Shown here one piece after another: positions 37,448 through 45,764 of a stretch of DNA of 52,454 bases. The DNA lies in IMG/VR virus record IMGVR_UViG_3300033067_001680, positions 1-52,454 of that record. One strand, 5' to 3'. Position numbers and translations under genes: made by a program. Position 1 is the first letter of the stretch. Each line of letters opens with the position of its first letter. The stretch comes from a virus (lineage: Duplodnaviria; Caudoviricetes). A model generated the notes under the pieces. It saw nothing but the letters and a program-made list of their open reading frames with translations, had not been told where the DNA came from and did not search any database.

Positions 37448-37924
37448 ATGGGCGACATTCTCTCCCTGCTTGCCGAAGCCGTACCCGCCTCCCAAACCAC
37501 GGCGTCCGGGCTGCTCCTGGCCGCCGTGTCCGTGCTCGCGGCGGTCATCGTGTACCAGGACCGCCGCGCGGAGCGGGATCGCGACAAGGCCAGCGAGAAG
37601 CTGGAGGCGAAGGAACGGGAGAACGCGGCACTGCGCAACGCCCAGGTGGAGGCGGCGTGCGCCGCGGGAGACAAGCTGGTGCGGGCCCACGAGTCCCACG
37701 CCACCGCCCTGGCCGCACTGAACTCGGCGCGCGTGGCGGAGGGGACGACCACGCGGGACCAGCTCGTCCATGTTGTCCGACAAGTGACCACCGCGTTGAC
37801 GGCCACGGGCGACACGTTGAACGCTCTCCGGGAATCCACGGAAGAGCTCGCACAGTCCAACCGCGAACTGGCGGAGGACGTGCGAAGCTCTGGGGCGCAG
37901 AAGCAACCCCGCCCGGCGAAGTGA
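37448..37924 (+). CDS. Single-TM coiled-coil protein, holin/antiholin-like
   Basis: GLLLAAVSVLAAVIVY TM segment followed by a coiled coil; start of the lysis cluster. Confidence 0.5.
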   Translation: MGDILSLLAEAVPASQTTASGLLLAAVSVLAAVIVYQDRRAERDRDKASEKLEAKERENAALRNAQVEAACAAGDKLVRAHESHATALAALNSARVAEGTTTRDQLVHVVRQVTTALTATGDTLNALRESTEELAQSNRELAEDVRSSGAQKQPRPAK

Positions 37925-37934
37925 GGCACCCGCG

Positions 37935-38138
37935 ATGCGCGACACCACCCTGAAGCTCCACCCGCTCCCCGCTGACCAGGAGCCCCCGACGGACCCCGTG
38001 GCCCGGGAGCTCGCAGCGCTGGACGTGGCGGTGGAGACCTTCCGGTCTCGTGTGGGTGTTGCGCCTACACGTCCCACTACTACCAAGTCCGGCATCCGGC
38101 TGCGCGTTCTTCCGCTGCACGAAGCCCGCAAGGGATGA
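37935..38138 (+). CDS. Hypothetical protein
   Basis: 67 aa with GAGG RBS. Confidence 0.45.
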   Translation: MRDTTLKLHPLPADQEPPTDPVARELAALDVAVETFRSRVGVAPTRPTTTKSGIRLRVLPLHEARKG

Positions 38139-38193
38139 CCGGCCGCAGGTGCCGGTGGTAGGGTCACCCACCCCAACCACCGGAGCCCCGCTC

Positions 38194-38637
38194 GTGCTGC
38201 AACACCTGCCCGTAGCCCTCTCCAGCGCGTTGCTGACCGCCCTTCTGGGCGCCGTTGCCTACTTCGTCGCACGCGCGAAGCGGTACGCGCAGGCGCGCGA
38301 CATCGCGACCGCCACGGACGCCCTCGCGGTGTGCGCGCGCGCTGCCGTCGCGAAGACGGAGCAGAGCTACGTTCGCACGTTGAAAGACCCGAGCAAGCCG
38401 GGTGAGTGGAACGAGACGGCGGAGCGCGCGGCGTTCACGCGCGCGCTCGCAACCCTCCGCGCTACGGGGCGGGCGCACATCGCCACGCTGGAGGACAACG
38501 GCGTCCCCATGGCCGACCGCGACGCCCTCCTGGAGACGCTGGTGGAGGAAGCCGTCCTGACGCTCCGCGCGAACCACGCGACCATCAACGACCCGAAGGA
38601 GTCTCCCCCATGCGCTTCCGACTCGGCTTCGCCCTGA
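38194..38637 (+). CDS. Holin, LL-H-like
   Basis: N-terminal TM segment, then AAVAKTEQ...LETLVEEAV as in LL-H-type holins; GGAG upstream of GTG 38194. Confidence 0.55.
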   Translation: MLQHLPVALSSALLTALLGAVAYFVARAKRYAQARDIATATDALAVCARAAVAKTEQSYVRTLKDPSKPGEWNETAERAAFTRALATLRATGRAHIATLEDNGVPMADRDALLETLVEEAVLTLRANHATINDPKESPPCASDSASP

Positions 38638-39002
38638 CCGCCATCCTCTCGCTCGCCCTCGCGGCGTGCCCCCGCCTCCCCGAACCCTCCGGCTGCACCC
38701 CCTCCGCCACGCGATGCGAGAACGGCACGCCGGAGGTGTGCTCCCAAACGCAGCGCTGGACCGCGGTGGAGCTCAACGCCGCGCGCTGCGGCACCACCCC
38801 GGGCGCGGTGTGCTGCGCGACGCAGGGCCGCCGCGGGCGAGTCATCCACGCCTGCGTCCCGCAGAGTGCGTGCGTCCCCGAGGACGCGCAGGGCGGGGCC
38901 CTCTCCACGCCTGCGCAGCTCGCCAGCAAGACGCCGCCTGACGAGGGCGCGTCGCTCATGTGCCGGAGCGCGGTGCGCGCAGCCAGCTTGCTCTGCCGGT
39001 AG
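38610..39002 (+). CDS. Cys-rich lipoprotein
   Basis: AAGGAG RBS; lipobox LALAAC; CTPSATRCENGTPEVC...C...CC...C...C. Confidence 0.65.
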   Translation: MRFRLGFALTAILSLALAACPRLPEPSGCTPSATRCENGTPEVCSQTQRWTAVELNAARCGTTPGAVCCATQGRRGRVIHACVPQSACVPEDAQGGALSTPAQLASKTPPDEGASLMCRSAVRAASLLCR

Positions 39003-39069
39003 TCTCACCCCTCCGGCAGTAGTCCGGGGCGGACACGCACGCACCCCCACCTAAGCGCAGGACACATAC

Positions 39070-39696
39070 ATGACCACCGCCAGCATTCTGGACAGGCTCG
39101 ACCCCGTAAAGGTGGAGCTTCTGATCGCGCACCTTGCGGAGCACTTCCGCGGCAAGGTGCTCCCGAAGGAGGACAGCACCGTCATGCGCGGCGTGGCGGA
39201 GGCGTTCGACGTGGGCCGCCTGCTCGGAATCGTCCCGGGTGTCCCCGGGGGTGACGTGTTCCTCCGGGACTACGCCACCACCATCGGGCCCTTCGTGTTC
39301 ATCCCGCGCGCCTGGACCCCGCGCCAGCGCTTGCTGGTGGTGCTCCATGAGCTCTGCCACGTCGTCCAGTTCTGGAGCGCGCCGTGGGGCTTCCCCGTGC
39401 TGTACCTGTCGCAGCCCGAAGCGCGCGCCGCATTCGAGGCCCAGGCGTACCGCGCGGAGCCGGAAGCCATTTACGTGCTGGAGGGACGCACGAACGGCTA
39501 CACGCCGGAGAACACCGTGGCGGGGCTGACGCAGGGCTACAACCTGAGTGACCGGGACGTGATGCTGGCCCAGGACATGAGCGACGTGGCGCTGACCAGC
39601 ATCGCCAACGGCATCATCCGACTCCCGCCCGTGCTGGAGATGGAGTCCTTCCTGAAGGCACGCGGCGGCGTCGAGTGGCTGGCGGCGGCGCGATGA
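39070..39696 (+). CDS. Putative zinc metallopeptidase (HExxH)
   Basis: ATTIGPFVF...VLHELCHVVQF...FEAQAY, a DUF4157-like zincin pattern. Confidence 0.65.
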   Translation: MTTASILDRLDPVKVELLIAHLAEHFRGKVLPKEDSTVMRGVAEAFDVGRLLGIVPGVPGGDVFLRDYATTIGPFVFIPRAWTPRQRLLVVLHELCHVVQFWSAPWGFPVLYLSQPEARAAFEAQAYRAEPEAIYVLEGRTNGYTPENTVAGLTQGYNLSDRDVMLAQDMSDVALTSIANGIIRLPPVLEMESFLKARGGVEWLAAAR

Positions 39697-40697
39697 ACAC
39701 CCCCAACGCGGCGGTGGGCGGGCTCTCCGTCCGGGGCTTGCTCCCGACCATCTACGACGGCAACGGCGGCGCGTACGCGGGATTCGTGACCGCGCGCGAG
39801 GCGTTGAAGCGCGCGCAACCCCAGGCGGTCCAGATTCACTCCTGGGACGCGGAGCGCGCGGCGGAGGGGGTGCGCATCACCCTCCCGCGCGCCCAGGTCA
39901 TCGTCGGGTACGGGGTGGACGGGATCGCCCGCGCGGCGGCACTGAAGAACTGGACAGAGGCACAAGCGGTCGCCCAGTTCCGAGAGCTCGCGGCGCGCGC
40001 GTCGCGCCTCGGCGCCGAGTGCATCGTGTGGAACGCAGAGGCGAGCTGGAAGGCTCCGCCCGACTCGGAGCAGCGCAAGCGCCTGGAGGGTGCGATCCGC
40101 GCGGGGCTCGCCGCCGTACTCGCGTCTTACCCGCACGTCATTCAGGGTCACACGTCGTACGACCATCCGAGCTATCACAGCACCTACCCGTGGCGCGCGT
40201 GGCTGGGGCCAGGATCGCCCATCGCGTTCAGCGCCCCCCAGGTCTACGCCGCGCCGGACGGCGGCGTGATGGCGCACCGCGGGGCCTTGGACGCCCGCGA
40301 GTCGCGGGCGCTCTCGTCCTGGGCCAGCGCGGTGCGCGCCGGGTGGATTCGCCCCGATGCACCCGGCGGGTCGCCTGACGACATGACGGACTGCGACTGG
40401 CTCCCGTACTACCAGCTCCACCACGTCCGGCGCGCCGACACCGTGCGACACGCGCTGGAGCACCCAGTCAGCCTGGGCTGGGCGCTCCCCACCCGGGCGG
40501 ACGCGGAGGGCACCGCGGCGTTCCTCGTGGCGCACGCACTGCTCCGCCTGGGGTACACCGGGCAGGCGGGCATCTCACAGTTCCAGACCGCCCACGGGCT
40601 CGCCGCGGACGGCATCGTGGGCCTCCAGACCACGGAGGCGGCGCTCCGCGCGCTTGACGCACTGAACGGCGAGGGGAAGGCGCTCGCCGGGGGCTGA
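39693..40697 (+). CDS. Endolysin (putative TIM-barrel glycoside hydrolase + C-terminal PG-binding domain)
   Basis: C-terminal ISQFQTAHGLAADGIVGLQT is the PG_binding_1 signature; WNAE and PQVY motifs; last gene of the late operon. Confidence 0.7.
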   Translation: MNTPNAAVGGLSVRGLLPTIYDGNGGAYAGFVTAREALKRAQPQAVQIHSWDAERAAEGVRITLPRAQVIVGYGVDGIARAAALKNWTEAQAVAQFRELAARASRLGAECIVWNAEASWKAPPDSEQRKRLEGAIRAGLAAVLASYPHVIQGHTSYDHPSYHSTYPWRAWLGPGSPIAFSAPQVYAAPDGGVMAHRGALDARESRALSSWASAVRAGWIRPDAPGGSPDDMTDCDWLPYYQLHHVRRADTVRHALEHPVSLGWALPTRADAEGTAAFLVAHALLRLGYTGQAGISQFQTAHGLAADGIVGLQTTEAALRALDALNGEGKALAGG

Positions 40698-40705
40698 CCG
40701 GGCCG

Positions 40706-40731
40706 GGGGCCCTGGCATCGCCCAGGGCCCC
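40706..40731 (+). terminator. Hairpin ending the late operon
   Basis: GGGGCCCTGG-CATCGC-CCAGGGCCCC. Confidence 0.5.
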
Positions 40732-40783
40732 GCGGGGGGCTACGGCTCAACAGCCTTCCACTCACCCGTCGCGGCGAAGGGGC

Positions 40784-40804
40784 GCGGGGGGTGACGCCCC
40801 CCGC
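40784..40804 (-). terminator. Hairpin after cassette A
   Basis: GCGGGGGG-TGACG-CCCCCCGC. Confidence 0.5.
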
Positions 40805-40809
40805 CTGTG

Positions 40810-41076
40810 TCACAGCCCGCGAATCGCGGTCAGCGTGTAGCCGCCGCGCGCCGCAACGACGTTGAACCCGTGGCGCTTGAACGCCGCCACCGCGCGGGCC
40901 ACCACGTCGGCGGGCGCCACGTTCAGGGCGGCGATGGCGTCCGTCATCATGGGCGAGTAGAGCGAGTGCTCACGCGCGCACTCTTCGCCCGACGCCGCGA
41001 GGCCCGCGATGGCGGCGGCGTAGTCAATGGCGGTCTTGATGGTGGCGATGGTGGCGGTGCGCGTCGGGTTCGTCAT
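40810..41076 (-). CDS. Cassette A small protein (MTNPTRT..., 88 aa)
   Basis: ATG lies inside the repeat element; paralog of cassette B. Confidence 0.75.
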   Translation of the reverse strand: MTNPTRTATIATIKTAIDYAAAIAGLAASGEECAREHSLYSPMMTDAIAALNVAPADVVARAVAAFKRHGFNVVAARGGYTLTAIRGL

Positions 41077-41146
41077 GGTGAGGTGACTCTGCCAGAGTCT
41101 CGCAACCAACGCAACTAGAAAACGCACGGGGCCTGAAAGGGCCCCG
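41063..41146 (-). promoter_or_regulatory. Cassette element copy 1 (hairpin + promoter core + start codons)
   Basis: Core at 41102-41122; TTGCGT-17-CAGAGT-9-ATG; hairpin at 41127-41146. Confidence 0.75.
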
Positions 41147-41153
41147 CCACCCA

Positions 41154-41423
41154 TCACGCGACGCACAGCCCGTAGTGACCGTTGCCACCCATGACGCGGA
41201 ATCCGTGGCGAGCGAACGCCGCGCGGGCGCGGGTGACCACATCCTCGTCCGCGTCGCACAGCGCGTCCACACCCTCCAGCATGACCGGAACGGTGAGCGC
41301 GTACTCACGCGCAATCTCGTGCCCCTCCGCGGTTTCAGCCGCGGCGCGCTCCGCGCGCTTCACAGCGGCGGCGACGAGGGCGATGGTGGCGGCGCGGCGG
41401 GCGGTGTTCGTCGGGTTCGTCAT
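41154..41423 (-). CDS. Cassette B small protein (MTNPTNT..., 89 aa)
   Basis: Paralog of cassette A (ARE..L..P.M...AL....DVV.RA.AAF.RHGF.V....Y.L). Confidence 0.75.
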   Translation of the reverse strand: MTNPTNTARRAATIALVAAAVKRAERAAAETAEGHEIAREYALTVPVMLEGVDALCDADEDVVTRARAAFARHGFRVMGGNGHYGLCVA

Positions 41424-41492
41424 GGTGGTTGGACTCTGCCAGAGTCTCGCAACCAACGCAACTAGAAAACGCACGGGGCCCTTTCGAGCCCC
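41410..41492 (-). promoter_or_regulatory. Cassette element copy 2
   Basis: 41432-41480 is identical over 49 bp to 41085-41133; core at 41449-41469. Confidence 0.75.
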
Positions 41493-41502
41493 CTCTCTGG
41501 GG

Positions 41503-41886
41503 CTACGTGGCCACCGCGACGGTCAGGCCCAGACGCCCCAGGGCGGCCACTGCGCGGGCCCGCACGTCGTCGGGGGCGATGCGAAGGAGCTCCGAGAAGG
41601 TGGTCCCGTTCCAGGGGTCCTGCATGTTGGCCAGGAGCCCCTGGCGGTTGTTGCTCGCGGTCAGGTTGGCGATGCGCACGCGGCAGGCTTCGATGACTTC
41701 CCAGCGGGTCATGGCCCGGCTCTGGCCCCGGCGCGGGGGGAGTGCCACGGGGGTGCCCGTCTTACGCCCGCACCGGAAGCACGCGCCATCTTCGATGTGG
41801 CGGAACTGGTGGGACATGCCGCCGTTGGCGCAGCGGGGGCAGACCGGAGTGGTGGACTTCGTGGCGGTGCTGGTCGGGTTCGTCAT
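41503..41886 (-). CDS. Cassette C Zn-finger protein (MTNPTST...)
   Basis: CPRC...HIEDGACFRC; C-terminal APDDVRARAVAALGRLG related to cassettes A/B. Confidence 0.7.
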   Translation of the reverse strand: MTNPTSTATKSTTPVCPRCANGGMSHQFRHIEDGACFRCGRKTGTPVALPPRRGQSRAMTRWEVIEACRVRIANLTASNNRQGLLANMQDPWNGTTFSELLRIAPDDVRARAVAALGRLGLTVAVAT

Positions 41887-41978
41887 GGTCCCCGGACACT
41901 ACCCGAACACTGCAACCAACGCAACTAGAAAAGTGATGGCACCCGTCATGGGGCGGGGGGAGTGCGCACTCCCCCCGC
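41873..41978 (-). promoter_or_regulatory. Cassette element copy 3
   Basis: Core at 41912-41932; TTGCGT-17-TAGTGT-9-ATG; perfect 26-bp palindrome at 41953-41978. Confidence 0.75.
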
Positions 41979-41984
41979 TTGGGC

Positions 41985-42254
41985 CTACTCGCCCGCCATC
42001 GGGAGGCCCAGCTTCGCCTGGAGGCGCACACAGTGGGGGCACTGCTCCCTCGCCGCCGGGGTGCCCCAGGGGGCGACCATGCCAGCCATGTGGTCGGCTT
42101 CGATGCGGCCACACAGGCTCGCGCCGTCCTCCTTCGCCTTGCCCGCGGGGGCCCCGTCCACCCGCAGGTGATACAGCATCGCGGCGTCCTTCCCCTTGCG
42201 GAAGTAGCTCGCCGCCGTCACGCCATCCCAGGTCAACTCCGTCGTGTTCGTCAT
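41985..42254 (-). CDS. Cassette D small Zn-ribbon-like protein (MTNTTEL...)
   Basis: YH...SLCG...CPHC motif. Confidence 0.7.
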   Translation of the reverse strand: MTNTTELTWDGVTAASYFRKGKDAAMLYHLRVDGAPAGKAKEDGASLCGRIEADHMAGMVAPWGTPAAREQCPHCVRLQAKLGLPMAGE

Positions 42255-42338
42255 GGTGGTTTGACTCTGCCAGAGTCACGCAACCAATGCAACTAGAAAA
42301 GTGATGGCACCGGGGCAGCCCTCCGCGGGCTGCCCCCG
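42247..42338 (-). promoter_or_regulatory. Cassette element copy 4
   Basis: Core at 42280-42300; TTGCAT-17-CAGAGT-9-ATG; 12-bp hairpin at 42310-42338. Confidence 0.75.
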
Positions 42339-42366
42339 GCCACGCCTCCCCCGCGCGGTCCCCGCA

Positions 42367-42780
42367 TCAGTCCGCGCAGGGGAAGTACACGGCGGAGACG
42401 CGCACGCCGCGCACCACGGCGTTGCCCACGTCGTGCGGGCGGAGCCCCTCCGGGATGCTGCGCACGTCTACCATCGCGTCCCCCACGGACAGGATGTGGC
42501 CCTGGACTTGGAAGTGGTACGACCGGCGCGGGGCAAGATGCTTGCGCACCCAGGCGGACAGGTACGCCGCGCAACGGGCCGCCAGGGCCTCGTCGCCTGT
42601 CACCACCACGTAGCCGTCCTGGTCGCCCCAGGTGCGGTCCAGAGTCGCCGGGAGCACCAGCGCGTGGTCGGCCAGCCCCTCCGCCGCGAGGCGAGCCCGG
42701 AGGGACGCCGCCCCATCGCTCCAGGCGGCCGGGGTGCTGGTGGTCGGGGTCACGGGGCGGGCGGCGTTCGTGTTCGGCAT
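42367..42780 (-). CDS. Cassette E hypothetical protein (MPNTNAA...)
   Basis: 137 aa; AAGGAG RBS; downstream of element copy 5. Confidence 0.7.
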   Translation of the reverse strand: MPNTNAARPVTPTTSTPAAWSDGAASLRARLAAEGLADHALVLPATLDRTWGDQDGYVVVTGDEALAARCAAYLSAWVRKHLAPRRSYHFQVQGHILSVGDAMVDVRSIPEGLRPHDVGNAVVRGVRVSAVYFPCAD

Positions 42781-42795
42781 GGTCTGGGCTCCTTC

Positions 42796-42866
42796 GTTCG
42801 CCAGCTCCGTGCTGGCCCCCTATCTCTAACCGAGTCACGCAACCAATGCAACTAGAAAACGCACGG
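42796..42866 (-). promoter_or_regulatory. Cassette element copy 5 (leadered variant with 5' hairpin)
   Basis: Core at 42839-42859; TTGCAT-17-TAGAGA; leader hairpin at 42796-42818 identical to 47948-47970. Confidence 0.7.
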
Positions 42867-42966
42867 CTGTGAACCCCGCCCATCACCTTGTGCGGGTGAT
42901 GTAGGCACGCCCGGGTGGAGACAGAAGCGCTCGCGTGCAACCGGATAGCCACGCACGGGCCGCCGG

Positions 42967-43467
42967 TCACCCCCGCCCCTGGAGCTCCGCGACACGGAAG
43001 GCGTGCCCGCGCTTGAAGCCTTCCAGCTCCGCGTCGCGCAGCTCGGTGATGGTCTCCGCCCGCGCTTGGCGTTGCTCCGCGCCCCACACTGCTTCAGCGT
43101 TGGCGAGATCCTTCGCGCTGCCCTCGCGCACGCGCTTCAGCGAGTCGGCGTGCTTCCGCTTCGCGTCCTTCAGCTCTTGCCGGGCGTCCTTCAGCTCTTG
43201 CCGGGCGTCCTTCAGCTCTTGCCGGGCGTCCTTCGCGCTGTCCAGCTCTTCCTCCAGCTCCATCACGCGAGCCTCCAGCATGGCCTCCGTGTCGTCCGCG
43301 CCGGGCTCCCGCAGGATGACCAGGACGCGACGCACCTCCGTGCTCCCCGGGCCCGTGTCGAACCAGTCCGCATCGTCCCGTTCGCGCGTCACCGCGAGGG
43401 GCCGTGTGTCGCCCCGGCTATCCCACGGGTAGACCGCCCAGCCCTCCCAGGTGTCGTCAGTCGCCAT
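42967..43467 (-). CDS. Coiled-coil protein with KDARQEL heptad repeats
   Basis: 166 aa; overlaps the end of the ligase gene. Confidence 0.6.
   Translation of the reverse strand: MATDDTWEGWAVYPWDSRGDTRPLAVTRERDDADWFDTGPGSTEVRRVLVILREPGADDTEAMLEARVMELEEELDSAKDARQELKDARQELKDARQELKDAKRKHADSLKRVREGSAKDLANAEAVWGAEQRQARAETITELRDAELEGFKRGHAFRVAELQGRG
43163..43234. repeat. 21-bp perfect tandem repeat, about 3.4 copies
   Basis: GCGTCCTTCAGCTCTTGCCGG at 43163, 43184 and 43205, partial copy at 43226. Confidence 0.9.
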
Positions 43468-45448
43468 CGCGGGCCCCCAGCGCCAGCACCGTGACGAACT
43501 CCGTCTCCGTCACCTCGCGGCACGAGTGCCCCTTGGCCGCCCACTTCGCCAGGGCCTTGCGCTTGCCCGTGAAGTTGTCGCCCTCCGCATCGGCCACGAC
43601 GAGGTGCGTGGTGGCGCGCGTCACGCCGTCCGCGATGGTCGCGCCCAGGGCCCGGAGCGCCTCGCCCGCCTCCTGGCGGGTCATGCCCTGGAGCTCCCCA
43701 GTGAACACCACCGTCCAGCCCGCGCACGGGCCGCTGACCGCGCCGGGCAGGGTCGAGGCAGGCTCCGCCAGGGTCACCTCCGCCAGCACCGCACCCAGCT
43801 CCGGGGTGGACCGCAGGGCACGGAGGGACTCCGCGCGCGCGGGCCCGAACCCTGGGAGCTCTTCCAGCTCATCCCGGGTGAGCGACAAGAGCCCAGCCAG
43901 GGTGCGCCCCTCCAGCGCTTGCCGCGCGAGGGGGACGCCGATGCCATCAGCACCCATCGCACCCAGGAGCACAGCGGGATCCAAGGTGCGCGCCTTCTCT
44001 ACCTCCGCGCACAGGGTGCGCGATGTAGGTGCAGACCCGACAGACGCCGCCACGTCCGCGGCGCGCAGTCGGTAGAAGTCCGCGGGCTCGCCCAGGAGCC
44101 CATCCTCCGCGAGCCGCCGGACCACCTCGGGACCGAACCCCAGCATCCCCGTGGTGGTCGCGAAGTGAACCAGACGGGCGACCAAGCGGCCCCCGCAAGC
44201 CGTGTTCAGGCAGAAGAGAGTCGGACCCACCACCATCAGCCCGCTTGCGCACGACGGACACACCACGGGCTGCATGAACGGGAGCTCCCCGGCGGGGTTC
44301 TCCACGGCTTCGACGTGCGGGATGACCCCGCCCCGGCGGACCACGCGCACCTCCGCGCTCCGCGTCGGGCCGAACTCTCGGAAGCGGGCCACGTTGTGGA
44401 GCGTCGCCCGGGTGACGGTCACCCCGTCCAGCTCCACGGGGTCGAACACCGCCACGGGAGTCACCGCGCCGGAGCGGGCCACCTCCCACACCACGTCCCG
44501 CAGGGCCGCGCGCTCGCCCTCCCCGTTCCACTTGAACGCGAGCGCGTAGCGGGGGTGGTGCTCCGTGGCGCCCAGCTCGCGCGCCAGAGTCTCGTCGTTC
44601 ACCCGGAGCACCAGCCCGTCCGTGTCATGCGGGTACGTGGGCTCGGACACCGCCGACCGGAGACACGCAACCGCGGCGGCCCGACCACTGAGCCCAGCCT
44701 GAAGGGCCACACGCTCCACCGTGTCGAAGCCCATCATCGCGGCGAGTGCGTGTCGCTCCAACAGCGGGAGCAGGCGCGCGCACCCGACCGGGTGGAGTAC
44801 ATCGTACACGACGAGGGACAGCCCCTCGACACCGCGCGGCACCTCGTCCCGGCCCGCGAGCCCCGCGACGAAGTTTCGGGCCGTCTTGAACCCGCGGGGC
44901 GCCCAGGTGCCACGGAACGCCGCACGGTCCATCACCAGCTCGCCGCGCACCTCGAAGGTGCCAGAGCTGGCGAAGAACTCTCGGCACGCCTCATGGGCAG
45001 GGAGCACGTCGATGGTGCGCCCCCGGAGCGCCGCACGCACCAGGGTGGAGATGGCGCGCCCCTCGCGCCCGTCCCCGCGGGTGGCCGCGTGCACCAGCAC
45101 TCCGGTACCCGCGTCGAACACCGCGGACACCGCCACGCCGTCCAGCTTGGGCATCAGCACCACGTCGCGGTCGGTGCACCACGTGGCGGCGCGCGTGGGG
45201 TCTGTCTCCTTCGCGAGCGAGAGCATGGGCGCCGCGTGCCGCAGGGTCGCGCCCGACGACTCCACCACGGCGCCCCCGACGGAGCGCAGGAACTTCTCCC
45301 CGGGGGCGACCACGGCCAGCTCGTCCACCAGCCGGTCGTATTCCGCGTCTGACACCTCCGGCTCCCCGGATTCGTAGAGCGCGCGCAGCCGCGTGAGCCG
45401 GGCTACCCGGTCCACCACCCACGGGTCACGCGCCGTTCGTGTCGCCAT
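43457..45448 (-). CDS. ligA: NAD-dependent DNA ligase
   Basis: Y..GEPEVSDAEYD, PMLSL, KLDG, TRGDG, EVRGE, ARN..AG, DGLV, AFK, OB fold (ATLHN), CPSC..C..C Zn finger, HhH repeats and C-terminal BRCT (VVFTG...T.HLV). Confidence 0.95.
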   Translation of the reverse strand: MATRTARDPWVVDRVARLTRLRALYESGEPEVSDAEYDRLVDELAVVAPGEKFLRSVGGAVVESSGATLRHAAPMLSLAKETDPTRAATWCTDRDVVLMPKLDGVAVSAVFDAGTGVLVHAATRGDGREGRAISTLVRAALRGRTIDVLPAHEACREFFASSGTFEVRGELVMDRAAFRGTWAPRGFKTARNFVAGLAGRDEVPRGVEGLSLVVYDVLHPVGCARLLPLLERHALAAMMGFDTVERVALQAGLSGRAAAVACLRSAVSEPTYPHDTDGLVLRVNDETLARELGATEHHPRYALAFKWNGEGERAALRDVVWEVARSGAVTPVAVFDPVELDGVTVTRATLHNVARFREFGPTRSAEVRVVRRGGVIPHVEAVENPAGELPFMQPVVCPSCASGLMVVGPTLFCLNTACGGRLVARLVHFATTTGMLGFGPEVVRRLAEDGLLGEPADFYRLRAADVAASVGSAPTSRTLCAEVEKARTLDPAVLLGAMGADGIGVPLARQALEGRTLAGLLSLTRDELEELPGFGPARAESLRALRSTPELGAVLAEVTLAEPASTLPGAVSGPCAGWTVVFTGELQGMTRQEAGEALRALGATIADGVTRATTHLVVADAEGDNFTGKRKALAKWAAKGHSCREVTETEFVTVLALGARDGD

Positions 45449-45764
45449 CGTCGCCCCCTTCCGCCCCCACCACGGCCATGACTTCGTTCGCCGCCTGCTT
45501 CGCGGTGACCTGCTTCCGCTTGTCCGTCGTGAGAACGGCGAACCGCAATCGGGCCGCGGCGTCACCGTCCAGGCTCATGTGTTTCACGACGGACGCCACC
45601 TCGATGTACCGACCCGAGAGGTACCGAATCTCTCGGACCTTCCCGTCGTTGGCCCACCGGGTGACGGTGCTTCGCTGGATGCCCAGCGCAGCCGCGATGT
45701 CCCCCGCGAGGGCGTACCCCTTGCGATGCATGTCCTTCTCAGCCTCGGGTGATCGGATCATCAC
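45426..45764 (-). CDS. Helix-turn-helix DNA-binding protein (excisionase/HTH_17-like)
   Basis: AGDIAAALGIQRSTVTRWANDGKV...RYI...SV. Confidence 0.75.
   Translation of the reverse strand: MMIRSPEAEKDMHRKGYALAGDIAAALGIQRSTVTRWANDGKVREIRYLSGRYIEVASVVKHMSLDGDAAARLRFAVLTTDKRKQVTAKQAANEVMAVVGAEGGDDGDTNGA

Noticed and set aside
41063-42866. Repeats interpreted as a CRISPR array
   Set aside because: The spacers are about 300-550 bp and contain intact ORFs, the repeats look like promoters, and there are no cas genes.
40784-42866. Classical integron cassette array (attC)
   Set aside because: No RYYYAAC/GTTRRRY-bounded attC hairpins and no IntI in the window. Each unit has its own promoter, unlike typical integron cassettes.
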